The notes below the pieces were generated by a model, which saw only the letters and a program-made list of their open reading frames with translations, was not told the origin of the DNA and did no database searches. A DNA stretch of 64,000 nt, taken from contig JBEGOM010000002.1 in NCBI GenBank assembly GCA_041181985.1, forward strand, positions 13,366 to 77,365, read 5' to 3'. The position numbers were made by a program, and so were the translations under genes. Every line of letters begins with the position of its first letter. The first letter of the stretch is position 1. This stretch comes from Pseudomonadota bacterium. Its GTDB lineage: Bacteria; Pseudomonadota; Gammaproteobacteria; Burkholderiales; Burkholderiaceae_C. Positions 33,824 through 43,888 of the stretch are shown piece by piece.

Positions 33824-36800
33824 TCAGTGTGTACCTTTGTCAGGTTTGGGGTTGGAAAACCACGCCACATACAAAGCAGGTAACACCACCAGCGTCAACA
33901 AAGTGGCGGTGACCAAACCACCGATCACCACGATCGCCAAAGGCCGTTGTGTTTCAGAGCCAATGTCATGGCTGAGCGCCATAGGCAGCAAACCCAAGGC
34001 CGCGAGCAACGCGGTCATGAGCACCGTGCGCAGGCGTTGCAAGGCGCCTTCTTTGACCGCGTCCCACACGGTGTAACCCGCGTTGCGCAGTTGTTGAAAC
34101 ACCGACAGCATGACCACACCGTTGAGCACCGCTTGTCCCGAGAGCGCGATGAAACCAATGGCAGCAGAGACCGACAACGGGATGTTGAACAACCACAGTG
34201 CGATGAAGCCACCGATCAAGGCCAAAGGCACATTGATCAAAATCAAGCCTGCGGTTTTGAAGGACGCAAAGGCGTCGAACAACAACACAAAAATCAGCAG
34301 CAATGAAATGGGTACCACGATGGCCAAACGTTGCATGGCGCGCTCTTGGTTTTCGAATTCGCCGGACCAAGTGACGGAATAGCCTTCACCAACCTTCACA
34401 TTCTTGTCGACCCGCGCTTTCATGTCGGCAACTACAGAACCCATGTCGCGCCCTTTGACAAAAATACCAATCGCCATGGTGCGTCGACCCGCTTCGCGTG
34501 CGATGTTCATGGCACCGCTGCCTTGGCGAATGGTGGCAACATTCTCTAGCGTGGCGTAACCGCCGCCGGGTAAAGCAATCGGTGTAGAGGGCAGGTTGTT
34601 GAGGCTTCGTCGGTCGCCGGCCAAACGCAACACCACGCTGAATTTACGCTCACCCTCCCAAATTTCGGTGGTGGCACGGCCGGCGAGCGCTGATTCGATC
34701 ACATCTTGAATGTCAGCCACATTCAAACCAAGACGTGCGGCACGGTCGCGGTCTATGTCAACGATGAGTTGCGGCACTTCACCGAAGCGATCGATTTCTG
34801 CACGTTGAACACCTGGCACTTGTTTGAACTCGCGCTGCATGCTTTCGGTGGTGCGTCTGAGTTCGCTCAAGTCGTCACCTGACACCTTCACCACGATTTG
34901 CCCTTTGATTTGCGAAATCGATTCGAGCACGTTGTCGCGGATGGGCATGGAAAAAGCTGGATCAACACCGGGAATGACCGCTAGCTTTTGATCCATTTCA
35001 TCGATCAGCGCTTCTCGCGTCATACCTTTGCGCCATTCTTCGGCGGGCTTCACATCGACAAATACCTCCGCCATGCTGAGTGTTTTGGGGTCGGTACCAT
35101 CTTCGGGTTGACCGGCTTTTGACACCACGGTGCGAACCTCGGGAATGGTGAGCAACTGCAAGCGCGCGGTGCGCAATATTTTGGCGGCTTCATCTTGTGA
35201 CACGCTGGTGGGCATGTCCCAGTTGACCCAAAAGGTGCCTTCGTTGAGTTCAGGTAAAAACTCGGAACCCAAGCTCGCGGCTGCCAGCACAGAGGCAGCA
35301 AATCCAGCCAACGCAATCTTCACCACTTTTTTGGGTTGCTCAAGCGCCCAGTTCAACACCGGCTCGTAAACGCGTTTGGCCCAAGCTACCAAGGCGTTGT
35401 CACCGTGGGGAATGTCTTTGCGCAGCATCCAAAACGCCAGCAATGGCACGAGCGTGAGCGAGAAAATCAGCGAGCCCACCAAGGCCGTTGTGACCGACAG
35501 CGCCATCGGTTGAAAAATGCGTCCTTCATGGCGTTGCAGCGCAAAAATGGGAATGTGTGCCGCAATGATGATGAGCATGGAAAACAGCGTGGGACGGCCC
35601 ACTTCATTCGCCGCATTGGTGATGAGTGTGCGCCGCTCTTTTTCGTTCATGCCTTCGCCGCGCTCGGCGAGTCGGTGCATGATGTTTTCAATCACGATGA
35701 CAGCACCGTCCACAATGATGCCGAAATCCATGGCACCCAAACTCAACAAGTTGGCCGGTACACCCAAAATCTTCAATCCCAAAAAGGTGGACAGCAACGC
35801 CAATGGAATCACCACCACCACCGCCAACGATGCGCGGATGTTGGATAAGAACAAGTACAGCACCAGCGCAACCAACAATGCGCCTTCGACCAAGTTTCTG
35901 AAAACCGTTGTCAGTGTTTTGCCCATCAACCAGGTGCGGTCATAGAACGGCACAATTTGCACGCCTGCTGGCAACACACGGTCATTCAGTTCGGCGATTT
36001 TTTCTTTCACACCTTTGAGCACCACGCTGGGGTTCTCGCCTTTGCGCATGATGACGATGCCAGTGACCACATCGTCGTCCTCGTCTTGACCCACGGTGCC
36101 CAAGCGGGGCACCGCACCAATCGCAACGGTGGCCACATCGCGCACCAAAATCGGTGTGTTGTTGCGTGCGGTCACCACAATGTTGCCGATGTCTTGCGCC
36201 GAGCGCAGCAAACCAATGCCGCGAATGGCAAATTGCTGCGCACCTTGCGCGACATAACTGCCACCGGCGTTCGCATTGCTGCGCCCCATGGCTTCGTTGA
36301 GGTCTTGCAGCGTGAGTTTGTAAGCCCGCAGCTTTTGCATGTCGGGACGCACTTCATACTGTTTGATGAAGCCACCCATGCCCACCACATCAGCGACGCC
36401 GGGGGACTGCCGCAAGCTGCGTTCAACGGTCCAATCTTGTATGGTGCGCAACTCGGTCGATGTTTTGCCATCGCCTTTCAGGCGGTATCGCATGACTTCG
36501 CCAACCGGCGTGGCGTTGGGCATGACGTTGGCTTGAACGCCTTGTGGCAAGTCAACGCTGCTCAAGCGCTCGTTGACTTGTTGACGTGCCAAGTTGACTT
36601 CGGCTTTGTCGTCATAAGTGACCACGGTGAATGACAAACCGAATTGCGTGTGTGAAAAAACACGGATGGCATTGGGCAACCCAGACAGTGCCACCTCGAT
36701 GGGCAGTGAAACTTCTTTTTCAACTTCTTCTGCTGCGCGACCCGGATACAGCGCAATGACTGTGACTTGAGTGTCAGTGACATCGGGAAACGCCTCGACA

Positions 36801-36901
36801 GACAAGTTTTTGAAGGCGAAGACGCCAGACATCACAAACAACAATGTGCCCAACAAAATGAACAGCGGTTGATTGAGCGCGTAATGAATCAGACGTTTCA
36901 T
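33824..36901 (-). CDS. CusA/CzcA-family RND efflux permease
   Basis: EAFPDVT, AMDFGIIVDGAVIVIEN, EFLPELNEG, RLRTVLMTA, GSETQRPLA. Confidence 0.92.
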   Translation of the reverse strand: MKRLIHYALNQPLFILLGTLLFVMSGVFAFKNLSVEAFPDVTDTQVTVIALYPGRAAEEVEKEVSLPIEVALSGLPNAIRVFSHTQFGLSFTVVTYDDKAEVNLARQQVNERLSSVDLPQGVQANVMPNATPVGEVMRYRLKGDGKTSTELRTIQDWTVERSLRQSPGVADVVGMGGFIKQYEVRPDMQKLRAYKLTLQDLNEAMGRSNANAGGSYVAQGAQQFAIRGIGLLRSAQDIGNIVVTARNNTPILVRDVATVAIGAVPRLGTVGQDEDDDVVTGIVIMRKGENPSVVLKGVKEKIAELNDRVLPAGVQIVPFYDRTWLMGKTLTTVFRNLVEGALLVALVLYLFLSNIRASLAVVVVIPLALLSTFLGLKILGVPANLLSLGAMDFGIIVDGAVIVIENIMHRLAERGEGMNEKERRTLITNAANEVGRPTLFSMLIIIAAHIPIFALQRHEGRIFQPMALSVTTALVGSLIFSLTLVPLLAFWMLRKDIPHGDNALVAWAKRVYEPVLNWALEQPKKVVKIALAGFAASVLAAASLGSEFLPELNEGTFWVNWDMPTSVSQDEAAKILRTARLQLLTIPEVRTVVSKAGQPEDGTDPKTLSMAEVFVDVKPAEEWRKGMTREALIDEMDQKLAVIPGVDPAFSMPIRDNVLESISQIKGQIVVKVSGDDLSELRRTTESMQREFKQVPGVQRAEIDRFGEVPQLIVDIDRDRAARLGLNVADIQDVIESALAGRATTEIWEGERKFSVVLRLAGDRRSLNNLPSTPIALPGGGYATLENVATIRQGSGAMNIAREAGRRTMAIGIFVKGRDMGSVVADMKARVDKNVKVGEGYSVTWSGEFENQERAMQRLAIVVPISLLLIFVLLFDAFASFKTAGLILINVPLALIGGFIALWLFNIPLSVSAAIGFIALSGQAVLNGVVMLSVFQQLRNAGYTVWDAVKEGALQRLRTVLMTALLAALGLLPMALSHDIGSETQRPLAIVVIGGLVTATLLTLVVLPALYVAWFSNPKPDKGTH

Positions 36902-36910
36902 GTTGACGCC

Positions 36911-38143
36911 TTATCGCGCTGTTTGCACTTGTGCGTTGTGCGTTTTGGCTTCTTCGCTGGCGATGCGGAATTCACGCGCCAACAAGAGGCTGTTTTCTTT
37001 CACCACTTGTTCGCCTTCTTTGATGCCTTCAATCACCAAAACTTCTTGTGAGCCCTCATAGCCGAGTTTGACGGTGCGGGGTTCGAAAACGCCGGTTTGT
37101 GTTTGAACGAACACACGGTGTTCTTTGCCATACAACTGAACGGCTGATGCTGGCACCAACACCCCCGCTGGCAGTTGACGCTCAAACACGGCGGTCCCTA
37201 GCATTTCTGCTTTGAGTCGGCGCTCGGGGTTGTCGAGTGTTGCGCGGACCTTGATGGTGCGCGTGCTGGGGTCGATGCCATCACCCGCGGCGGTGATCTT
37301 GGCGGTGAATTGCTCGCCGGGCAGATTGGGAAATTGCAAACGAACTATGGTGCCTTTTTTGAGTGATCCAACATCGGCCTCACGGGCATCCAAATGCACC
37401 CACAGCGATGTGGGGTCAGACACCACCAGTAACGCGGGCATGCCTGGGCCGCCTTGCTCGGGCCGCACCTCTAGGCCCGGACTGATGTTGCGTTCAACCA
37501 CCACGCCTCGCACATTGGCAAACAATGACAACTGTTGGTTAACGGCGGCTTGGCTGCCATACATCGCGGTTTTGGCTTGTGCCCGTGCCACCTCGGCCTT
37601 GGCGCCTTGCCAATTGGCTTCGGCCAATTCAAGGTCTTTTTTCGAGACAGCGTCTGCTTCAAACAAAGTGACCATGCGCTTGTAGGCCTGCTCGGCAACT
37701 TTGGCGTCTGCCATGGCTTTGGCGGTGTCTGCTTGCGCCGAACCGAAGTCGGGTGACGCCAAGGTGGCCAGCACCTGACCGGGCACCACGGATTGACCAA
37801 TGTCTGCATTCAACTGTTGAACGCGACCCGCAAATGCTGGGTAGATGCGTTGCGTGCGCTCTTCGTTCCAGCTCAGGCGCGCAGGCAGGTCGACGGCCAC
37901 ACTTTTTGCTGCCACGCCCACGGCGGTGTTGAGCAAATTGAGCTGTGGATGATTGGCGGGGTAGTGCAGTTGTTCCCCTTGAATGATCGGGGTCGCGAGG
38001 TGGGCGTGATGGATGTGTTCGGTGCCGCTGAAATAATTCAACCCAACGCCAAGCACCAAGAAGGCGCCCAGAGTGCTGTAACGTTTGACAGGGTCATTGA
38101 ACCAATTTTTGACCAAGTTTTGCGATGTTTGTCGTATGCTCAT
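36911..38143 (-). CDS. RND periplasmic adaptor (MFP, CzcB-like)
   Basis: N-terminal TM, lipoyl-like GQSVVPGQVL, alpha-hairpin, IDPSTRTIKVR, LKAEM; start at 38143 or 38161. Confidence 0.88.
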   Translation of the reverse strand: MSIRQTSQNLVKNWFNDPVKRYSTLGAFLVLGVGLNYFSGTEHIHHAHLATPIIQGEQLHYPANHPQLNLLNTAVGVAAKSVAVDLPARLSWNEERTQRIYPAFAGRVQQLNADIGQSVVPGQVLATLASPDFGSAQADTAKAMADAKVAEQAYKRMVTLFEADAVSKKDLELAEANWQGAKAEVARAQAKTAMYGSQAAVNQQLSLFANVRGVVVERNISPGLEVRPEQGGPGMPALLVVSDPTSLWVHLDAREADVGSLKKGTIVRLQFPNLPGEQFTAKITAAGDGIDPSTRTIKVRATLDNPERRLKAEMLGTAVFERQLPAGVLVPASAVQLYGKEHRVFVQTQTGVFEPRTVKLGYEGSQEVLVIEGIKEGEQVVKENSLLLAREFRIASEEAKTHNAQVQTAR

Positions 38144-38166
38144 GGCTCGTTTATCGTGCAAACTGC

Positions 38167-38184
38167 CTGACCAAATGCTGACCA
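38167..38184. promoter_or_regulatory. Direct repeat, candidate OmpR-family regulator site
   Basis: CTGACCA at 38167-73 and 38178-84 (11-bp period) in the short divergent intergenic region. Confidence 0.5.
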
Positions 38185-38230
38185 GGTAGGGCTTGCAAGG
38201 CCTTGTGGTTTTTTAAGAACAGGTTCTCTC

Positions 38231-38920
38231 GTGCGTGTGTTGCTGATTGAAGACGATGCCGTGTTGCAAACGGTCATGCTGCGCAGCTTGAGCGATGCGG
38301 GACATCGCGTGGACGTCGCCAGCCACTTACAAGAAGCCGCGCACTTTTGGGAGGTGCAAAGCTACGACGCGGTGTTACTCGATTTGAATTTGCCGCTGAC
38401 TGGAAAAGCGCATGCGCAACAGGGCAGTGGTTTGCAATTGCTGCGCGATGCACGCCGCCGAGGCGACCGCACGCCGGTGTTGGTTTTGACGGCGCGCAAC
38501 CGAACTGACGAACGTATTGCCGGTCTTGATGCAGGCGCGGATGACTACTTGGGCAAACCATTCGATTTAGAAGAGGTTGAAGCACGTTTGCGCGCCTTGG
38601 TGCGTCGCAGTGCGGGAACAGACGACGAGGTGCGTGTTGGCAAGTTGGTCTTGCAACGCAAAAACCGACGCATTTTGAATGGTGAACATGATTTGGCCTT
38701 GCCCGCGCGCGAGTTCGAAGTGTTGTGGGAGTTGATGACGCCCCCTGGCCGCACTGTCAGCAAACGCGATTTGTCGGACAAGCTCTCAACCTTTGATGAG
38801 GCATTGGGAGACAACGCGCTGGAAGCGTTTATTTCGCGTTTGCGAAAAAAGTTGTCGAACAGCGGCGCCACCATTCGTACCCTGAGAGGCTTGGGCTATT
38901 TGCTGGAAGAGCAAACATGA
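38231..38920 (+). CDS. OmpR-family response regulator (TctD/QseB-like)
   Basis: LLIEDD, LLDLNLP, GLDAGADDYLGKPF, wHTH ending IRTLRGLGY; GTG start. Confidence 0.92.
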   Translation: MRVLLIEDDAVLQTVMLRSLSDAGHRVDVASHLQEAAHFWEVQSYDAVLLDLNLPLTGKAHAQQGSGLQLLRDARRRGDRTPVLVLTARNRTDERIAGLDAGADDYLGKPFDLEEVEARLRALVRRSAGTDDEVRVGKLVLQRKNRRILNGEHDLALPAREFEVLWELMTPPGRTVSKRDLSDKLSTFDEALGDNALEAFISRLRKKLSNSGATIRTLRGLGYLLEEQT

Positions 38921-40311
38921 TGCGCGCGGTCTCTCGCAAACCTTCTTTGCGCAATCGCTTGATGCGACATGTGTTGTTGCCGCTGGCGGTGACTTGGTTG
39001 TTGGGCTCGTTGCTGATGTTAGGCATTGCTTCGTATTTCACCCAGCAAGCCTATGACCGCGCGTTGTTAGACGATGCTTATTTGGTGGCCAGTCATGTGC
39101 GACAAAGCGCGGCGACATCTGAAGGTGGCGTGGAGTTGAGTTTGTCCGCGCAAGAAATGAGCACAGTGCTGTTTGACCAAAGTGAGAGCTTGTTTTTTGC
39201 AGTGTTGCGAAAAGACGGCTCGCTGATTGCTGGACATGCCGGTTTGCATCCCACCTTGGGTTCAGTTTCATCCGTGCCGCAATTTGAATCGTTGGAGTTT
39301 CAAAGCAAGCATTTGCGCAGCGTTACTTTGTACCGAGATCAGCCAGCAGAGTTTGTGGTGGTGATGGCGCAAACCACGACAAGCCGCGACCGTTTGTTGC
39401 AACGCTTGTTTGTGTTTTCTTTGGCGCCTCAAATTTTATTGTTGATGGGTTTGGCCATTTGGTTGCAACGTGCCATCGAAGACGATTTGCTGCCCTTGAC
39501 CGATCTCGAGCGCGCGGTAGACGAACGCGATGCGCGTGACCTCACGCCCGTGCCGGTGTCAGCCAGCACACATGACATCGAGAAGTTGAGCCTCGCGATC
39601 AACGCTTTGTTGGCGCGTATTGCACAGGGTGTGCGCGCACAGCGTGAGTTCTCAGGCAATGTGGCGCACGAGTTGCGCACGCCTTTGGCGGGCATACGCG
39701 CTTTGGCCGACTATGGTTTGCGTCACAACGATCCGCAGGTGTGGCGTGAGCAATTGATGGGCATTGCACAAAGCCAAGAGCGCGCCAGTCATTTGATTGA
39801 TCAATTGTTGGCCTTGGCGTTGGCCGATGAAGCGCAGCAACAACTCACCCACGAAAGTGTGGCCTTGCATGAAGTGGTGCGTGATGTGGTGATGCGTTTT
39901 CTGCCGCGAGCGGACGCCAAGCAAGTTGATTTAGGTGCTGTCGGTCTAGAGCAGCCCTTGTGGGTGCAAGCCAACCGTGCGTTGCTTGAAGGTGTGTTGA
40001 ACAATTTGTTAGACAACGCTTTGCGTTATGGTGCTGCGCCTGACGGCGAGAGTCGCATCACGGTGTCGGTGTCTGATGCACCGCAAGCGGTGGTGTTGAG
40101 TGTGATGGACAACGGGCCTGGCGTGACGGAAGAGCAGCGACAAAAGTTGTCGCGCCGTTGGGTGCAAGGCTCGGCAGGCGAGGCCTTGAAAGAAGGCTCG
40201 GGTTTGGGCTTGGCCATCGTGCATGAATATGCACGTTTGTTGGGGGCCACAGTGGCCATGCAAAACGACAACCCTCGTGGTTGGCGCGTGAGTTTGACAT
40301 TTAATAAATGA
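38917..40311 (+). CDS. Sensor histidine kinase (TctE/QseC-like)
   Basis: 2 TM, HAMP-like region, VAHELRTPL H-box, NLLDNALRY, DNGPG, GSGLGLAIV. Confidence 0.92.
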   Translation: MMRAVSRKPSLRNRLMRHVLLPLAVTWLLGSLLMLGIASYFTQQAYDRALLDDAYLVASHVRQSAATSEGGVELSLSAQEMSTVLFDQSESLFFAVLRKDGSLIAGHAGLHPTLGSVSSVPQFESLEFQSKHLRSVTLYRDQPAEFVVVMAQTTTSRDRLLQRLFVFSLAPQILLLMGLAIWLQRAIEDDLLPLTDLERAVDERDARDLTPVPVSASTHDIEKLSLAINALLARIAQGVRAQREFSGNVAHELRTPLAGIRALADYGLRHNDPQVWREQLMGIAQSQERASHLIDQLLALALADEAQQQLTHESVALHEVVRDVVMRFLPRADAKQVDLGAVGLEQPLWVQANRALLEGVLNNLLDNALRYGAAPDGESRITVSVSDAPQAVVLSVMDNGPGVTEEQRQKLSRRWVQGSAGEALKEGSGLGLAIVHEYARLLGATVAMQNDNPRGWRVSLTFNK

Positions 40312-40475
40312 AAGATTAAGTCACTCGCTTTCAAGGTTTGTTGGTTTCGTTCTTTCACACAAATCTTCACGCGCTTGTAAAATCGTCCCCTTGCTGAATG
40401 CGTCACGCTCATGGTTTTATGAGAGCGATTGACGGCTTGCATTCATTCGACCATCGGTGTCGTGAAAGTTGAAAC

Positions 40476-42545
40476 ATGTTGTACCCCCAAGAGTTTGATG
40501 TCATCGTCGTAGGTGGCGGCCACGCTGGCACCGAAGCAGCGTTAGCGGCGGCACGCATGGGCGCGCGCACCTTGCTGTTGTCGCACAACATTGAAACCTT
40601 GGGCCAAATGAGTTGCAACCCCTCGATCGGCGGTATTGGCAAAGGCCACTTGGTGAAAGAGGTTGATGCCATGGGCGGCGCCATGGCGCTGGCTACCGAC
40701 GAAGGCGGCATTCAGTTCCGTATTTTGAACAGCTCCAAAGGCCCTGCGGTGCGCGCCACCCGTGCACAGGCTGATCGTGTGCTCTACAAAGCTGCGATTC
40801 GCCGCATGCTCGAGAACCAACCCAATTTGTCCTTGTTTCAACAGGCGGTGGACGACTTGATGGTGGAGGGCGACCGCGTGGTCGGTGCCGTCACGCAAGC
40901 CGGCATCCGTTTCCGTGGCCGCACCGTGGTGCTGACGGCGGGCACCTTCTTGGACGGCAAGATCCATGTAGGCTTAAATAATTACTCGGGTGGTCGTGCG
41001 GGTGACCCACCCGCGGTGAGTTTGTCTGCGCGCTTGAAAGAGCTCAAGCTGCCACAAGGCCGACTCAAAACAGGCACACCGCCACGCATTGACGGGCGCA
41101 CCATCGACTTCAGCCAATGCACCGAGCAACCAGGTGACGGCATGCCCGGTGGTTTGCCCGGCGAAGTACCGGTGTTCAGTTTCATGGCACATGCGAAGGG
41201 CGGGGCGGCGATGCATCCGCAGCAAGTGTCGTGCTGGATCACCCATACCAATGAACGAACCCACGAGATCATTCGCTCCGGTTTCGATCGCAGCCCTATG
41301 TTCACCGGCAAGATCGAAGGTGTGGGCCCACGCTATTGCCCCAGCGTAGAAGACAAGATCAACCGCTTTGCGGACAAAGACAGTCACCAAATCTTTTTAG
41401 AGCCAGAAGGGTTGACCACCCACGAGGTGTATCCCAACGGCATTTCAACCAGCCTGCCCTTTGACATTCAATATGACTTGGTGCGCTCGATGAAGGGTTT
41501 GGAAAACGCACACATTTTGCGCCCCGGTTATGCCATCGAATACGACTACTTCGATCCGCGCGAATTGAAGCGCAGCTTTGAAACCCGTGCCATTGGCGGT
41601 TTGTTTTTTGCGGGCCAAATCAACGGCACCACCGGTTATGAAGAGGCGGCGGCGCAAGGTTTGTTTGCCGGCATCAACGCGGCACTGCAATGCCGACAGT
41701 TGAAAGGCGAGGGCAATGACTTTGGTGGCGCTTGGACGCCCGGCCGTGAGCAAGCCTATTTGGGCGTGTTGGTCGATGACCTCACCACCAAGGGTGTGAC
41801 CGAGCCTTACCGCATGTTCACCAGCCGCGCTGAGTTCCGTTTGCAACTGCGCGAAGACAACGCCGACATGCGCCTGACCGAAGTGGGCCGCCAACTCGGC
41901 GTAGTCGACGACGCGCGCTGGGACGCTTTCAGCCGTAAGCGCGACGCTGTTTCACGTGAATCAGAGCGCCTGAAATCGACCTGGGTGAACCCGCGCAACT
42001 TACCCGCCGAAGAGTCGGTGCGGGTGCTCGGCAAGGCGATTGACCACGAACACAACTTGGCCGATTTGCTGCGCCGCCCCAATGTGAGCTACGAGGCTTT
42101 GATGTCGCTCGACGGCGGCAAATACCAAAGCGCCGAGCTGAACGCCGGCTTGGCGGGCGACACTGTTTCACGTGAAACCACCCGCGCCATCTTGGAGCAG
42201 GTGGAAATTGCTGCCAAGTATTCTGGCTACATCGACCGCCAAAAGGGGGAGGTGGAACGCGCCGCCCATTATGAAAACCTCAAGCTGCCTGCTGATCTGG
42301 ATTACAACCAAGTGTCGGCCCTGTCGATCGAGGTCCGCCAAAAGCTTAGCCGCCACCGCCCCGAAACCTTGGGGCAGGCGTCGCGGGTGTCGGGCATCAC
42401 GCCCGCAGCCATCTCGTTGTTGCTGATCCATTTGAAGCGCGCCCGTGCGGTGGGGTTTGCAGCAGACGCTTCGCCCAAGGTTGCAGCAGCAGAGGTGGCT
42501 GCAAGCGCCGCCGAGAAGTTGGCCGCTGACGCACCGGCGCCTTGA
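40476..42545 (+). CDS. mnmG: tRNA uridine 5-carboxymethylaminomethyl modification enzyme
   Basis: [56 protein letters not shown]. Confidence 0.97.
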   Translation: MLYPQEFDVIVVGGGHAGTEAALAAARMGARTLLLSHNIETLGQMSCNPSIGGIGKGHLVKEVDAMGGAMALATDEGGIQFRILNSSKGPAVRATRAQADRVLYKAAIRRMLENQPNLSLFQQAVDDLMVEGDRVVGAVTQAGIRFRGRTVVLTAGTFLDGKIHVGLNNYSGGRAGDPPAVSLSARLKELKLPQGRLKTGTPPRIDGRTIDFSQCTEQPGDGMPGGLPGEVPVFSFMAHAKGGAAMHPQQVSCWITHTNERTHEIIRSGFDRSPMFTGKIEGVGPRYCPSVEDKINRFADKDSHQIFLEPEGLTTHEVYPNGISTSLPFDIQYDLVRSMKGLENAHILRPGYAIEYDYFDPRELKRSFETRAIGGLFFAGQINGTTGYEEAAAQGLFAGINAALQCRQLKGEGNDFGGAWTPGREQAYLGVLVDDLTTKGVTEPYRMFTSRAEFRLQLREDNADMRLTEVGRQLGVVDDARWDAFSRKRDAVSRESERLKSTWVNPRNLPAEESVRVLGKAIDHEHNLADLLRRPNVSYEALMSLDGGKYQSAELNAGLAGDTVSRETTRAILEQVEIAAKYSGYIDRQKGEVERAAHYENLKLPADLDYNQVSALSIEVRQKLSRHRPETLGQASRVSGITPAAISLLLIHLKRARAVGFAADASPKVAAAEVAASAAEKLAADAPAP
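41948..41963. other. parS site 1 (inside mnmG)
   Basis: TGTTTCACGTGAATCA, 1 mismatch to TGTTTCACGTGAAACA. Confidence 0.8.
42164..42179. other. parS site 2 (inside mnmG)
   Basis: TGTTTCACGTGAAACC. Confidence 0.85.
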
Positions 42546-42548
42546 GCC

Positions 42549-43217
42549 ATGCACCCGCTGCAACATGATTTGCAAAAAGGTCTGACCGACTTGGGGTTGG
42601 ACTTGAATGAGGCGCGTCAATCACAGTTATTGGCCTATCTGGATTTGATCGCCAAATGGACCCAGGTTTACAACCTGACTGCCGTGCGCGATGCCCATGA
42701 AATGCTGACCCATCACTTGCTGGACAGTCTGGCGGTGGTGTTGCCCTTGCGGCGCGCGTTGGCAGAGATGGTGACGTTGCCCGAGGGTTCGGGTGCGCGC
42801 ACCTCGTTTCGGTTGCTCGATGTGGGCGCCGGCGCTGGCCTGCCTGGTGTGGTGATCGCCATCACCTGCCCCGAAGTCATGGTGACTTGTGTGGACACGG
42901 TGGCCAAAAAAGCGGCGTTTGTGCAGCAAGTGGCGGCTAACTTGATGTTGCCCAATTTGAAAGGCTTGCACGCGCGGGTCGAAACCTTGACCGAGCCCTA
43001 CGATGTGGTGTGCTCGCGCGCCTTTGCCTCGCTCAAAGACTTCACCACTTGGTCGCGTACGGCTCTGGCACCGCATGGCATTTGGCTGGCCATGAAGGGC
43101 AAGCACCCCGATGGAGAACTGGCAGAGTTGCCAAAAGATGTTCAAGTGTTTCACGTGGAACCGCTGAAAGTGCCCGGATTGGATGCCGAGCGCTGCATTG
43201 TCTGGATGCGGGGTTAA
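42549..43217 (+). CDS. rsmG: 16S rRNA m7G527 methyltransferase
   Basis: YNLTAVR, HLLDSL, LDVGAGAGLPG, SRAFASL, AMKGK. Confidence 0.95.
   Translation: MHPLQHDLQKGLTDLGLDLNEARQSQLLAYLDLIAKWTQVYNLTAVRDAHEMLTHHLLDSLAVVLPLRRALAEMVTLPEGSGARTSFRLLDVGAGAGLPGVVIAITCPEVMVTCVDTVAKKAAFVQQVAANLMLPNLKGLHARVETLTEPYDVVCSRAFASLKDFTTWSRTALAPHGIWLAMKGKHPDGELAELPKDVQVFHVEPLKVPGLDAERCIVWMRG
43147..43162. other. parS site 3 (inside rsmG)
   Basis: TGTTTCACGTGGAACC. Confidence 0.8.
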
Positions 43218-43247
43218 ACTTCCCCCTCACCTAAATTTGAGGTTCGC

Positions 43248-43862
43248 ATGTTCGGTATATCGGACTACGGCGCTTTTGTCGTGGCCATCATCGTTTTTTT
43301 GGCCATTCCCGGCCCTGGTAATTTGGCGTTGTTGACAGCAACCGCCAAGGGTGGTGTGCGTGCAGGCATGGCGGCTACCTTCGGCGTGATCGCGGGTGAC
43401 CAAGCTTTGTTGTGGATGGCGGTGGCAGGTGTGGCCACTTTGTTGGTCACTTACCCGGCGGCGTTTGCGCTTGTGCAGTGGTTGGGTGCCGCTTATTTGG
43501 CCTGGTTGGGCTTCAAGTTGGTGGCAGCCAAACCGGGTGACGCGCCGGTGTTGGAGCTCAAGCCTCATCACTATTTGCGCCAAGCCTTTGTGATCACGGT
43601 GTTCAATCCCAAGGCGATTGTGTTTTACATGGCGTTTTTTCCTTTGTTTGTGGATCCGGCGGTGCACCAAGGGTTGGTGACCTTTGCGTTCATGGCGATC
43701 ACAATTGCGGCGTTGACATTTTGTTACGGCTTGGTGGTCGTGCTGTTGGCGCATTTTTTGGCCGAACGCATTCGGGCCAGCGACCGTGCCACATCGGCTC
43801 TGAACAAAACGGCGGGCGTGTTGTTGATTGGTTTTGGCCTGAAGTTGGCCTTGTCTAAATAG
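43248..43862 (+). CDS. LysE/RhtB family amino-acid exporter
   Basis: IPGPGN, GAAYLAWLG, NPKAIVFY..FFP motifs. Confidence 0.9.
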   Translation: MFGISDYGAFVVAIIVFLAIPGPGNLALLTATAKGGVRAGMAATFGVIAGDQALLWMAVAGVATLLVTYPAAFALVQWLGAAYLAWLGFKLVAAKPGDAPVLELKPHHYLRQAFVITVFNPKAIVFYMAFFPLFVDPAVHQGLVTFAFMAITIAALTFCYGLVVVLLAHFLAERIRASDRATSALNKTAGVLLIGFGLKLALSK

Positions 43863-43888
43863 CGGAAGTTTTTTCTAGAAAGTAAGTC

